NCBI RefSeq assembly: GCF_009834535.1
Contig: NC_045696.1
Coordinates: 19,842,001 to 19,906,000, forward strand
Origin: Camelus ferus
Lineage: Eukaryota
Direction: 5' to 3'
DNA length: 64,000 nucleotides
The position numbers and the translations under genes are program-made. Shown in pieces: positions 39,578 through 52,920 of this stretch. The notes under the pieces are model-generated. The model was not told the origin of the DNA, did no database searches, and was given only the letters and a program-made list of their open reading frames with translations. The number at the start of each line of letters is the position of its first letter. Within the stretch, counting starts at the first letter, position 1.

Positions 39578-42500
39578 AGTAACACTAGTCAAAGATATGA
39601 AAAAAATATATTAGCTGGAAAAAAATCCTAAGCATGTAGCAGGTGTGCATAAATATAGAAAATCACTGATATTATAATATAAGGAAAAAATCATACTTAT
39701 TCATCATAGCTGAGATATAAGAAAACAGGAACAAAAAGCAGATCTATAATTTTGCAAATCTGTTAGTTTCCTCTTGTACTAACCATTGTACATACTTAGA
39801 AAGACTTCAAAGACTATGAGCTGCTTACATCAAGCAATCAGTTAGCGTCTGCGTAATTTGAACATGATTTTTATAACACTCTATTTTAAAAATCCTGTGG
39901 AAAAATAATTTGTACATTCCAAACATCTTTCAGAAGGTCTGACAAGCTCTGAGCAAAGAGGCATTTCTCCGTCTTCAGGTGCATTTGCTACATACTGATT
40001 CAGAGACAGGGCATTCAGTTACAGGGAAGGGAGCTATATGTCCAGTTCCCTCTGCACAGGCTGAGCTTGGGAGTTTCCTCTGCTTCTGTTCTCTCCATCA
40101 TTCAGACAGAACAGGTAGTTTCCACGGGCAGCAAACATTAGGGGAAGCATGATCGTTTAGTGACTGCTGTGTGAGCCACTGCAGTCCATGAGGACCCGAG
40201 TTTCTGTGTTTACTTTCAGAATGAAAATTCTGGAACTATTTATGCCTAAACTGAAGAGGGCCTGCTTTCCAAAAAAATCTTTAAAAATTTTTTTCCACCT
40301 TGAAAAAAGCTTAGCCAGCTTCTGTGTAGGTGAAATAACAACTCATTTGGAATCTTGATCGTTAACACTGAATTAACTGATACATTGATATTGGGAAGTC
40401 ATGATACAGAAACTAAATGGAGTTGTTCTTTCTCTCTCTTTAATTTCTTTTGTGGGTTTTATTATGCCTTACAGTATACCTGCATGAAATGATTTGTCTA
40501 AAAATAGCTAATTTACATCTCCATTTAATAAATTACATTTCTTTTCAATTGTTTTGACTGATAAACAATTATTCAAAATTCAGTATTCAGTAAAATTTAG
40601 TTTATCAAAAGGAATGGAGTGTAGCCAGAACATAGATAATCCAAAGTAATGAATAATATAAAATCTTTATTTCTAATTAAATTTAGCTTTGCATTTACCA
40701 TTTGAAAAATAATCTAGCACAATTTAACTTTTATTTATTTATACTTTATAAAATAAAGCTATTTTAATAACTGTTTAAAATGTTCTAACCATTATGAAAT
40801 TTTATACCACATTTAAAATTTTTAGATACTTATAAATACTCATATACACATTTACCTGCATCTTCCTTAAATATTTTTCAGCAACATTGGAACCTTCTTC
40901 AGTCACTTTTTGTCATACCTACCACAATAAGAAAGCCTCATGCAATAATTTTTTAAAAATATTTTCTATGTCTTACTATGTAGCAACTCCTAGTAGAAAA
41001 AATATATACACACGGAAACAAACCTAGAAATGGATAATGAAAGTATACTGAATACAGCCTGGAGCAATTATTGTATTTCGGTTATATATATTATTGCTAT
41101 ATATTGTATATAATAGATTGTATGTTATATAATATTATATATAGGCTATATATTATTAGTACTTTGTTTATATAGTTGTTTAGCGGCTTTGATGGAAATC
41201 TGAAGGCACATCATTTATCTCCAGGTGCTCTCAGCCATAGACATGTTTCAAATTATTAGCTAATATTAAAGATAAGTCTAAAATCTTCCAGTAGTGATGG
41301 AATCTGATATGCTTCCCATTGAAGTGTTTCTCACTTTGAAACGATGGGTCTAAACATAAATATGTAGCATCTCTGGGATTTCCTTTGAGGCTTTTCATCC
41401 TACAATCCAGTGATTGAAACTGATAATGTGTGGGCATTTGACATATCTGAAAAAAGCATATTCAAAAAAAAACTGTCACTAGTTTAGAGAACATCAAAAA
41501 GCATGATAAAATATATAAAGGAGTAAAGAGTTTAAATAACAAAATTTGAGTTTACTAACATTATCTTTATATCTAAAATTCTGTATTAATGGAGCATTCT
41601 AAGCTTTAAATCTAAAAAAAAGATAGAGTTTATATATTTTTTAATATAAGTTCTCTATCTTTTTATGATTACAGCCCGCATACTGAGAGGTTCTACCTTC
41701 TTTGATTTACAAACAAGCATGGAGATAATTATGCATGTTCCTTAAATGTCTCCTTTTCATGGAAATAAGGAAATTTTCATTTGTTTTTAAGCTGCACAAA
41801 CTTTATAGAAAAAAAAATTGTGGAGGAGTTTTAAGTATATGAGGTCATAAACCTTTATGATATGTTTGGATTAAGGGATTAATTAACAGCAAAACTAAGA
41901 TTATAAAAAATAAATTTAATCAAAACACATGGCAAATTATAGGACAAAATGAAGAGAATTTGCTGAAAAGAGAAGAAAGCATGTGGATTGCAAAAATATT
42001 GTAAAGATGAAAACATTTTATTAAAAATTAAGTACTGCCATCAAGGAAATAGACCAGTATTGAAGAGCAGGAACATATAAATAAGCACAAGGCAAACATT
42101 TTAAGTAATGACTCAGATTATTTTAAGAACAATTGAGATTCACTAAACTATAAAATTTGAAAATACAAAAAAAAGTGCATAGAATAATGAAAATTTTAAT
42201 GGCAGAAATGAAAACCTTTGCAATAAAAGTCAACCAAGGTGAAAGGATTATACAAAAGTATATTCTTCTCCTGTGTGAAAAAGTCTCTGTGTGAGCTTTG
42301 GATGGAAAACAGGATTACAAATTTAAAGACTGTTAGATTTTGTGATGTTAAAGTCTACTTTCTAAAAATGTGCATCCAGATCTTATGGGAAACATGACAT
42401 ATACTGAATTATCTCTGTCAAAGATGCAGTATTACACTGGGTACCAGATCTTATTCACTGTAACAGGTGTCTCTGTAGACCCTGGACTCTTCTTCTGGTC

Positions 42501-43349
42501 ATTAACTTTGTATAGATCAGAGGCCGTATGCTTGTGGGGTCTCTAGAACATTTTACATTTTCATTCAGGCCATCCCAGAGCTCAGAAATGCCATCAAAAA
42601 TTAATCAGTGGTGACACTCAAGCACTTAATCATTTATTTGAGAAATGATTTCACACAGGGTAACACGATGTAACCTTTTCTATTCCAGCCTTTGGCCAAG
42701 AGCTTTGGGGATCTTCCAACACATCAAAGGACATATGCTAAGGCAAGTGCCCTGAAAATGCTCTGTGCCTGACAGTCAAGCAGGTCCCTATTCACCACCT
42801 TTAAAAAGAATGGAGGGAAAGAGCTGGCCTGGACTCCTCTTAGGTGATTTAGAGGGTTCCCTCTTCTGACCTTGTCTTGGCATGAAGAATTTACACTTTC
42901 AGACCCCATTTTTAGAAGACAAAAGTGAAGGGATTTCTGAGATTTGTCAGTTCCTTGTTCGTAAAGGCTTGGTAGCAATAGGAATTGATTACTGCCTCTG
43001 TCATTCATTTTTTTCATTATGAGAAACATTTTGGCTCTTTATTCCTGAATCTTTTTTTTAACTATAGTAAGTGTACTGCATATCTACGATTGTCAAATAA
43101 GTGCCCGATGATTTGTGAATCTTAATTTTGTTCAAATGCATGACAACTATTCATATATGTATAACAGGATGCTATTAAGAGAGAGAGAAAACACAGTGCC
43201 CTTTTATAAGAGTGTTTAAAATGCCTCCTTCTCCTTAAAGTGCCTGAAGCTGGTTAGATTTAGAAAACAAATAAATGAAATGATAATTTATAGAGGAAAC
43301 TTTTTTTTTTAACTTAACCTTGTGGCAGTTTCTGTTGGGATTACTCGTT

Positions 43350-43500
43350 CAACTGTCATAACAAATCTTTCAGGCGAGTGTTGTTTTAATTCCCATTTTA
43401 TGTATAAGGATTCTAAGTCTTATCAATATTAAATGCTTTGCCCAGAGTCACACAGATATTAAATGTGGAAGCAAGACTCAATGGACTTTATTCTTTACAG
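43350..43500 (-). mobile_element. MIR SINE
   Basis: TTCCCATTTTATGTATAAGGA…TTTGCCCAGAGTCACACAG. Confidence 0.6.
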
Positions 43501-45195
43501 CAATTCCATAGTGTATAATAATAAAGTTAATAGGTGATTTTCATAACAGGTAAATGTCTGCACTGGACTACACAGTCCAAGAATAATATCCAATAGCTTC
43601 ATGTCAGGTGAACATCAATTAGTGAGGTGACTTAATCTCCATTGATAAGAGACTTTATAACAATGTAAAAAAGTTGAAATTATGTTTACACATCTATAGA
43701 TTTACCTTTTCTCTTATATACCAAGGACATATTAACATTTTTATGATAATGTGAATTGTTTTCAAATCAAATCAAAATTTTACAAGCCAAGAATTTAAAA
43801 ATTAATGAGGAACAACATGCACATTGTATTAAAGAAATTATCCTGAGCTTGAATTGTGTACCACCTAAGAATATAATAGTTGCAGATAAAGGATTACATA
43901 CTTTACACAGATTTGAGATCCCCATTGGCTTTATTCCAGCTGTCTTCCCACCTCATCCCCAACTCTTACTCTCTGCATCTTCAGTTGCATGCTGTGAACT
44001 TGGCCTCCTGGACCCTAGAATCTCCCCAAAGCTCCACAGGACTCCTGTTTGTAAAAGATAAAGTCAAGTGTTGCAACTGGCTGCTTAAAAAGACGCCAGG
44101 ATTGAACATGCTCTTAGTCACAGGTGCACAGAGCATCAAGTTTTGGATTTTCCTACTGCTCATATTGTCTTCAGGCTCTGGAGAAGTGTGACCTCAGATC
44201 TTGCTCCAACGGGACCACTCTCTAAGACTCAAATGAGATTGCTTGTGACCAGCATTGATGAGCCCATTATTCCTGGCTACCCCAGGCTCCACCGGGATGC
44301 CCTGTAAGCTGAGAGAATCAATTCCTCATGGCTCACCTCTTACTAGGTTTGGGTCACTGCAGGATGCCATAGCCTACCATTTAGAAAGCTCCTCTCTTGA
44401 GCATTTTCTGGAGAACCATTGTTAGTCTGACTTCTAAATGCAAAAACAAAATACAATAAAAATACAGGCTAACTTATATCTGACTTGGATATAAAACTTA
44501 GGATAAAATTTAATTTATGACATATTAGGAGTTGTTTTGATTACCACCTATGTATGTTCAATTGGAAGTTACTATTGCTATCAAGCCTTGTTAAAAACTA
44601 TAGAAAAAATATTTTTACTCCAATGAAAAACTATGTACTGTCTACAGTACATGCTTCTGAGTTATTGAATTCTAGCCTTTTATTACCTTTGAGCTATTTT
44701 ACAAGTTATTTTTAGATAGTTGATTAACATGAAGATTTCACTCTGTCTGGTAGAAGTTCATTTGACTTTTCTCTCCCACCCTGTGGAAAACTCAGTTTTG
44801 CCTCCATGTACATATTTTGAATATTCCTGATCTATAAATGTGTCTACTTTTATATTCTTTTTTGAATCAAGCATAACATTTGCCTGGCTTTTCATTAAAT
44901 AAATTAAATACAATTGTTAACAATTGTTCATTTTTAATGTATTTTTTCTGAAAATTATTCTGCCCCTTTCTGAAATTATTTTTTAACAAAACTGAGAGCC
45001 TCTATTACTATTATAAGCAATATTAAAAAGTATCAATTTAAATGAGATAATGTATGTGAAAATGCTTTGCCAAGTCTGAAACCCTTTCAAACCTAATGTA
45101 GAGTTATTACAATAAAAAGCGATATAAGAAAATTTATTACTGAACAAAAACCGACTGTTTTTACTAGAAAGGAAAGGAAGTTTTTTTTCTTTCAG

Positions 45196-45595
45196 AATAA
45201 ATTGAAATACACTGAAAATAATAGGAAATGCTAATCAGAATTGAGAAAACAAGGCATTCAGGGAGTGATGAATTGTTTAAAGAAAATCAGCCTGGATCAC
45301 AGGAAGAGGACCACACCTGACAACCCTGATAGTGTTTGGCTTGATAAAATAATTCAGTTGTCAGATAAAATTGGGGACATAATTTTCCTACAGTACAAAT
45401 TGTTCCCTAAATGACCAGAAAGAAGACTAAATCTACAAGGTCACCCGTTATGGAGAGATGTGGCAGACAGCTACTTGGATAAAGAACTGTCTCGAAGAAT
45501 GAAGACAAATGATAACAAGAGAAGAAAACCCGCAGTTTGGAAAGAAGTGGCAAGTGTGATGTATCAGAGACCCACATTAGCTCCAATTGTGGAAG
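45196..45595 (+). pseudogene. Candidate decayed coding exon (unknown gene)
   Basis: Acceptor TTTTTTTTCTTTCAG. 133 codons in one frame with only 2 stops. Possible donor GAAG|GTTAGA. Confidence 0.35.
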
Positions 45596-46864
45596 GTTAG
45601 ACGCCAGTGATGTGAAAGGCAGAATACTCAACAAGATAAACAAGTGTTCGTTTGATGAAACTTTGAGTCTAAAGTCAGGAATTTATTCAAGGATTAAGGT
45701 CACTGACTTTTCAAAGACTATGTTGGACAAAGTAAATGTAGTGACTGAAATGTTATTCGTCATAAGAAGACTAGGACAAATAAGGCACTGACAAGGAAGG
45801 AAAAGATCATTCCAAATTCTTCAAGGTTATAGCATATTAAAATAAAAAAATATGTTGGGTGTGTAGTGTGTGTTTGTGTGCCCATACGTGTGCTAGTTTG
45901 AGCACACGTGTTCATGCACACATGCAAGGAAGGAATCTTTATACCTTTCCCAGTGTCCTTCACCTTTCACCTGGACCAATAAAGCTGAAAGCTTATCATC
46001 ATCTCACATCTCAAGAAAAAGTTGCCTATTCATTTTAGCATATTGGACATATTAATAAAAAAAATAGTGTCAGTGTCAAAAGCTTCATGAATGAGGCAGC
46101 GAGCAGCCAGACTGAAATTGCTGTGTAACCTCAGTGTCTGGGGTTTTGAAGAGAGAATTTCTGAATATGGAAAGGTCTTTAGCTAGCTGATTATCATGCT
46201 ACTTCAATCTGATAATTGCACAGTTGTGGAAAAATGTTAAAACTAATAAAGAAAAATCTCTGTTCTTCTATAAGAAGGAAGTGGTGGTGGAGGGAAAAAA
46301 AAACTGTAGGGAGGATATTCCATAATCCTTTCAAATGAACTTACATTATTTCACTTTTCTTGATCTAAATGTAGTACATAAATATTATGAAAATATAGGG
46401 AAGCATAGAAGAAAAGGCTTTTAAAGAATGGATGTTTGATACTTCACTGGCCATATGTATAATGTTAGTCTCATTAGTTTTATTGTTGTTGTTGTCATTT
46501 GTCTTATTTATTGAGTGCCAGCATTGTATTAATCACTCCTCTATGCATATTTTTTACATAAACTATCTCAACTTTTAGAAAATACTATCGGTAACCCAGA
46601 ACTAAGATACATACTTTATTTCATGCACACAGAGAAGAACTGAACCTATGTTTTTCATATGTAATAATAAAAATATGTCCCACTTTTTTCTTTTTTTTCT
46701 AGCACAATGAACAATGTACAGTATTAATAAATGAGTAGAAATTTAAATGTTTAAGGTTTTAAAAACTAATATTCTGTATGAGACTATTACAGACTTATCA
46801 CCTGATAACTGAATGGAAATGATGAACATTGTGTGTCTGTTTACCTTTTTTTTCCTAACTAGAC

Positions 46865-47073
46865 CAGCACTGTCTACCAGGACTTCCTGCAGTGATAGAA
46901 ATGTTCCATAGTTGGCGCTGCTCGTACCATAATCACTAGCCACACGTAGCTATTAAATACTTGAAATGTAGCCAGTGATGCTGAGGAACTGATCTTTACA
47001 TTGTATTTAATTTTCAGAATTTTAAATTTAAATAACCACATGTAACTAGTAGCCATCCTATTGGACAGTGCAT
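46865..47073 (+). mobile_element. MER3 (hAT-Charlie MITE)
   Basis: CAGCACTGTCTACCAGGACTTCCTGCAGTGATAGAAATGTTC…CACTAGCCACACGTAGCTATT…CTATTGGACAGTGC; terminal inverted repeats GCACTGTC/GACAGTGC. Confidence 0.9.
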
Positions 47074-47901
47074 GTGTACACGATTATACTTTTCCCCTTT
47101 AAAGGTATATATTATTTGTGTTTTGATAAAGCCATCCACACAGAGATGAGACAAGCACCCACGCATATTTATGACACCCAAGAAGTGATCAGAGCCTTAA
47201 TATCTGTGTTCTCAAAAACAATCTTACTCCCTATATACAAATTCTCACACTGTACTCAATTTCTTTAAAATGACAAAGCATCGATAAATGTTTATTATTT
47301 CCTTTGATGAGACCAGTACGAATGGGAAAAAATATAGGTGACCTGGGCTAAAAAGAAATGTAGAAATAATCAGAAAGGAAAGATCCAAGTCATTAAAATT
47401 GCTTGCATCACACTGTTTGCAAAATTTGTTGTCTGCATTCCTCCCATAGCTCAGTCCAAGGTAAATTCATTGAGTATATTCTAATGCATATCATTATGCT
47501 TGAGTCTAGGTAGAGGTACAAATATTAACAGGAGATACTTCCTTTCTAGTGTTTGTGTCCTATGAAATGTACTTTAATCTCTCCTCTTGTTTCATTTTCA
47601 GCTCATTTCTGTTGGTGATTGTGGTGATGAGATATAGAATATGCATTGCTCAAAATAGTTAGAAATTTTCTCAGTATATTCATAGGGCAAAGACAAGCCA
47701 TGTAAATACAAAACTGCAATGAAAATACTAACTTAAGCTTGTAGACTATTTTGGGATTTAGAAAAAACCTTTTATGTATCATATTTGGTCTGTTTTGAAA
47801 TTCATAACTTAGTCAGGTAAAGCCTTAACCAGTGAGAAAACTGACTGCAGGGAATTAACTGACAATTGACTAAGTAAGGACTTGAACTACCTTTTCCTGA
47901 T

Positions 47902-48074
47902 TTTTTTATTATTATTTATATATTATTTAATTATTTTATTTTGGCAGATGGGTGGGTAATTATGTTTATTTACTTTTAGAGGAGGTACCTAGGAATTAAA
48001 CCTAGGACCTCATGCATGCAAAGGACCTCATGCATGCTAAGCACATGCTCTACCACTTGAGCTATACCCCTCCT
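47902..48074 (-). mobile_element. tRNA-derived camelid SINE (Vic-1-like) with an internal duplication
   Basis: Reverse complement reads GAGGGGTATAGCTCAAGTGGTAGAGCATGTGCTTAGCATGCATGAGGTCCT…, with an A-rich tail. TSD CCTT(T/G)TCCTGAT at 47890-47901 and 48075-48086. Confidence 0.88.
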
Positions 48075-48845
48075 CCTTGTCCTGATCTTAAATCTAGGAT
48101 ACATTCTACTTCACCCAAAATACAGTTAAACCAGAATTAATAACACTGTCACTACACTAGAGGGCCCATGTTTGAATGATGTTGAATTATTACACAGTGA
48201 TCTCAGAGACACTTGAAAATATTCAGATAAACCATGCCATATGAAAATAAACTCTAAATATTAATGGTTCAAATGAAAAATACATTTTTAAAACCAGTGG
48301 AGATGAGTTTTATGGGCCAATCTGGAGGTCTACACATTGGCAAGTCCCTGCAGACTTGCTTTAAAATGTTGTCTCTAAATATAATATATAAATCACCACA
48401 CATACGCTTTCAGGTTGACTTGTTAAATGATTTCAAGATGGTGTATCTTATTCATAATGAATCATATGGATATTTGCAATAAAAGTATTTCAGTAAATAA
48501 AATTTAAAGTCTAAGGCCTTAATCCTCCAATTTATGGGTTAAGGAAATCATTACCAGGACCAGAAGTCAAAGAAATGATAAATTTCTCTGACTCTGAGCT
48601 CGTTTCACTAGCACAAGTAATAAGGAATTTTCATAGAGCAGCATTTCTCGAAGCATGTCTTGTAATACAATAATGCTTAGGTTGTTAATTATTTTTTGCA
48701 TTAAAACAAATGGAAAATGTGTTCATTATAATAACCAAGAGGTTGTACCAATTTGAATGGTACTATTTACTTCAGGATATCGCTGATGCCTTCAAATACT
48801 ATTGCAAATGATGGAGAGGGATGTCAAAGAAAGCCAGAGGATGTA

Positions 48846-49266
48846 TGTTAATGCGGTCAAAGCAGATATTACTCAGAAAAACCGTTGGAGTAGGAGGAAA
48901 GAGACCTCAGCACTGAACTGAGCTCTATTTCCAATACAAGTGAGAATTTATAGCCACGAAGCAGGGTGGGAAGTCGGCGGATGGAAAACTTACTAAGAGG
49001 GAACTTCAGGGGTAAGGAGGGATTCTGGCTACACTGACTTAATAGGCTTCTTGCTGAAGACAGGCCAGGCTAATCAGATACCAAGGGTGAGGGATGAAAC
49101 ATCTGATCAGATCTTAAAGGTGGAGATTCTTACCAAATTGTCTGAGCAGGATTCTTGCTGGAACTGGAATCCACAAGGAAGGGCATGAAAGCCGGAGGTG
49201 GAGCCTCGTCTAGAAGAGAACTCTGAAGAGTCTACCCAAAATTTGGCCAAGGAGAGACTCTGTTGA
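48846..49266 (-). mobile_element. Solo LTR (MER39/MER21-related)
   Basis: Reverse complement starts CAACAGAGTCTCTCCTTGGCCAAATTTTGGGTAGACTCTTCAGAG…; carries CAGCAAGAATCCTGCT and GGCTATAAATTC motifs. Confidence 0.7.
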
Positions 49267-52200
49267 GGATAACTCCTGTTTCCTAAACCTTTTAGATGCC
49301 AAGATGTTATCATTGTTTTCTATTAAACCTCCCACAGGATCTGCTGTCACTCGGAACATACTTTGAGGAATGATGATGTAGCGTCATTTCTGTCTATATT
49401 TCCTAGACTTGGGTTCCCCGGTTTTAGAACTAAAGGCAATAATTGGATGGCTTAGTGGCTTTTGCTGTTAGACAAATTTATTTCCTCTAGGACCTAGTAT
49501 TTGTCTCTCTTTTGCCGACTTTTAACATTTTTATTTGACTGAGGCATTTCCTTGCTATTTCTTTGAAAACTGTTTCTATTAACTTTCCTTACTTCTTCTT
49601 TATTTGTCTGGTTTTTTACACAACTGTCTACACCCTACCAGGATAGAATAAAGGTAGCTGAATCCTTTGAATTCTTATCATCACTGTTTCCATCTTTTTC
49701 TAAATTGGGGAAATCATATTCTAGCAACAATCCAGTCTTTAATTTCCAAGTGCTGTTCTGAAGGGTTAAAGAATATCTCACAGCTAAGAGGCTTAAATTG
49801 CTTCTCCCGAAATTAACTGAAAACTCTGCCAATCATTCCAGAAAAATCCTAGGGGCTAAGTCTCTGAATGTAAAAGCTTTACAACAAAACAATTGCCCCA
49901 AGTTTTAAAATAGCCTTCATTCGCATATTTTATATTTCATTACAATTTTCACACCATATAACATAAGGAATAAAGGAGATAAAATTTAGATAGTTGAAAT
50001 GCTAAGACAGGGAGGTAAAGGATGAAGGTAACATTTGTTAAGAATTGCTTGTTTTTAGGCAACATGCTAGGGAAAATATACTAAAAACTCTTGACAACTT
50101 TCAGAACAATCTAATCGGTTATATTCTGTACCCTGCTTTTACTCATGGGAGAACAAAGTTTCAGATCTTATTGAAGAACACTCATCCAATCACTTGGAGA
50201 CACAGCATTCACACAAGGTCTTCTGAGAGTCCACATACCTTAAGTGCAAAATTTTATATCACACTGGAAAACAAGAACAAACAGAGATAAATTTGAAAAC
50301 CAGATTGGGGGGTGGTGCACTGAGAGAGAGAGAGAGATTTTAATGAATTTCGCTAGTCAGAAAAGTAGATTCAGGGCAGTAACTGAATAACACATGTATG
50401 GGGGTGGATCCCTCCAAGAGTGAACATCAGAAAAACATTCCTGTTACAGTGATTTCTTGGTGGGATAGGCCATCCCAGAAGGGATGTAAATCATAACCCT
50501 AGCTGGGGAAAGCTAAGTCCCAGTCCCCAGATTATGCTTTGACCTTCTACACCACTTCAAAATTGAAGTAGAAGCTTAATGTGTGGTTCTCAAGTCAGGG
50601 TTACACAAATTTTATTTCTCTAAGTCAAGATAATGAAAGTCTTGAATTATAAAAATATATAGAACAATACCAATTTTTCCTTGCTTATTCCCTTGCAAAA
50701 CAAACAAAAAAAAGAAAGGTATCAAGATTAGGAAGATGCTACAATTCTAGAGTCTTAAAGGTCCTTAAAAATAATAAGTGTAATATGCTCAATAATTGTA
50801 TTCTGTATCTTTCTTCTTATCTCTGTCTTATTAGTATAAAAATAGTAAGATAGAAAATGCATATGTTTCCTTGCATGGCTTTGCATTATAGAACATAGGG
50901 GAACCTATCCTTGGTGTAAATTTGCAAATTTGCAGGGGGAACATCCTACCACTTCATCTGTTATCAAACACATAGTTTCCTTGTGATAAATTTAAATTTC
51001 TCTAAAGGCTTCAGTTAGTGAAAGTCTTTTGTACCAAAAGATACTAACTTACATTTTTTTATTGTTCGTGAAAGTTTCAGCAATTGGGGTGTTTTTGTTT
51101 GTTTCTTCAAAATAATGAACTATAAATAATCCTATAGATTATGAAAAAGACAAACATCCAGAATTGGAGGCAAATCTTACCTTGAGATTTCAGAGATTTG
51201 CTGAAACTGAGGAAACAAGATCTATGCTATGAGACAATTCTGTCATTTTCTAACTTTTCATTTTTCTAGAGAGGGTCAAAATTTCTTGTCCCAAGTTGAC
51301 TGAAATTTAAAACAAATGGGAGAATTGTTGTAGGTCAAAAATTAGAACAGTTAGTGAGCTGAAGGCTGGTGGTAAAAGTTTGTATAAATCTGAATAAATT
51401 TTCTGTTTGTTAACAGCATTTATATCACTGTTTCATGTGATAAGAATAATATTTTTTGCTAATATATGAGCTGAACAAATGTCTTTTTAATGGGAATCAA
51501 CAATACATGAATTCTGTGTAGTTATTTCTTATCTTTTATGATGACATCTGTTAAAATTTACCCACCACTTTTCACATTGTGCACACACAGAAGTGTGTAG
51601 TAGGAAACAATGAAGAAAAAAAAAAAAAAAGAGGGAAGTGGGGTAAAAATAAATGTTTACCAGAATGTTATTCTAGTTACTTTTATTTAAAAAAAAATAA
51701 ATGTAAGTTTTTGGTCTCACAAAATATAGTTTGTCACATCAGTGGTATGCTATGGATTTTAATTGCCATTTTGACTAATAATTAATGCTTTTGTCTTAGA
51801 TGAGTTATAAAAAAAACTTAAAGCAATTCCTGCAGTGAAGAAATAAATTAAATTTTTGAAGCATGATAATTTATTAAAGTTGAGAGAAACTGAAGCTTCA
51901 TATATAAATGTGTTGGCAAAATTTTCATCATCTTTATAGTCTGTGGTCTTTTCAAGTTTAACATAATAAATGAATAAATGTCATGTGAAAGTAAATTGAA
52001 TTCTCTTTTCAGTCAGTGTAATCTTCGATTCTTTTGCTATAAGATATTGTTTATCACTTTGCCATGGGAAGCTATTTATAACTTGTAAAAAGTAAGAAAA
52101 TGACTTTAACTAACCTGCTTATAATGCCAATAACAGATATACTATCCTATGTTCAACTTGCTGAAGATTCAAAGTGCAAACATATTTAAAGAAAAGAAAA

Positions 52201-52777
52201 ATTAAAACTTTTAAAGAAGAAATTTAGGGGATATTATATTATCTGAATGTTTTAGGCAGTTTTTCTATATACTCATAATAAGAAAAAGGAGGATAATTGG
52301 CACAGTCAGGGACCAGAAATAAGAGATAAAATTAGTACCTGACACAAATCCAGATATACTCAAGTTGTAAGGTAAGAAAGAATTTAGAATATTGAATCAT
52401 TTAAAATCTCGATTTGTTAGAAAAGTCAGCTTGAAATCTTACTGGGGCTGATTCTATGAGATGCTAAGATTATTAGTAACAAGTACTTGGTTTCTAGCTA
52501 CATTTTTATTTTAAAAGGACCCTTATAGATTTTCAAAAATATAAGATAGGTAGAACTTCATAATAAGAAGAGCCAATTTTACAATATTAAATTACAGAAA
52601 ACAAAGATCTACCATCAAAATAACTATCAGGGAGAGTCCTCTCTTTGTTTCTCTTGTATTGCAAAATTTTGAATTTTCATTACAGATAAGTTCAGGGTGA
52701 CCACACAAGTAATTTAAACACAATAAGATATATTGCTGATCAATAAGACATATGCACTTATGAAATTTACAATATAT

Positions 52778-52920
52778 GGGGGAAGGGTATAGCTCAAGTG
52801 GTAGAGCACGTGCTCAGCACCCAAACGGTCAGGGGTTCCATCCCCAGTACCTCTTCCAAGCGGAAATCAATGAAGAAACTTAATTACCTCCCCCTCATAA
52901 AAAAAAAAAGAAAAGAAAAA
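52778..52920 (+). mobile_element. tRNA-derived camelid SINE (Vic-1-like)
   Basis: GGGGGAAGGGTATAGCTCAAGTGGTAGAGCAC…GGGTTCCATCCCCAGTACCTC (A and B boxes) with an A tail. TSD GAAATTTACAATATAT at 52762-52777 and 52921-52936. Confidence 0.9.

Noticed and set aside
44633..44652. 9-bp perfect inverted repeat ATGTACTGT-CT-ACAGTACAT
   Set aside because: Short enough to arise by chance in 64 kb.
52778..52852. tRNA gene
   Set aside because: It has an A tail, a TSD and a degenerate cloverleaf, so it is a SINE.
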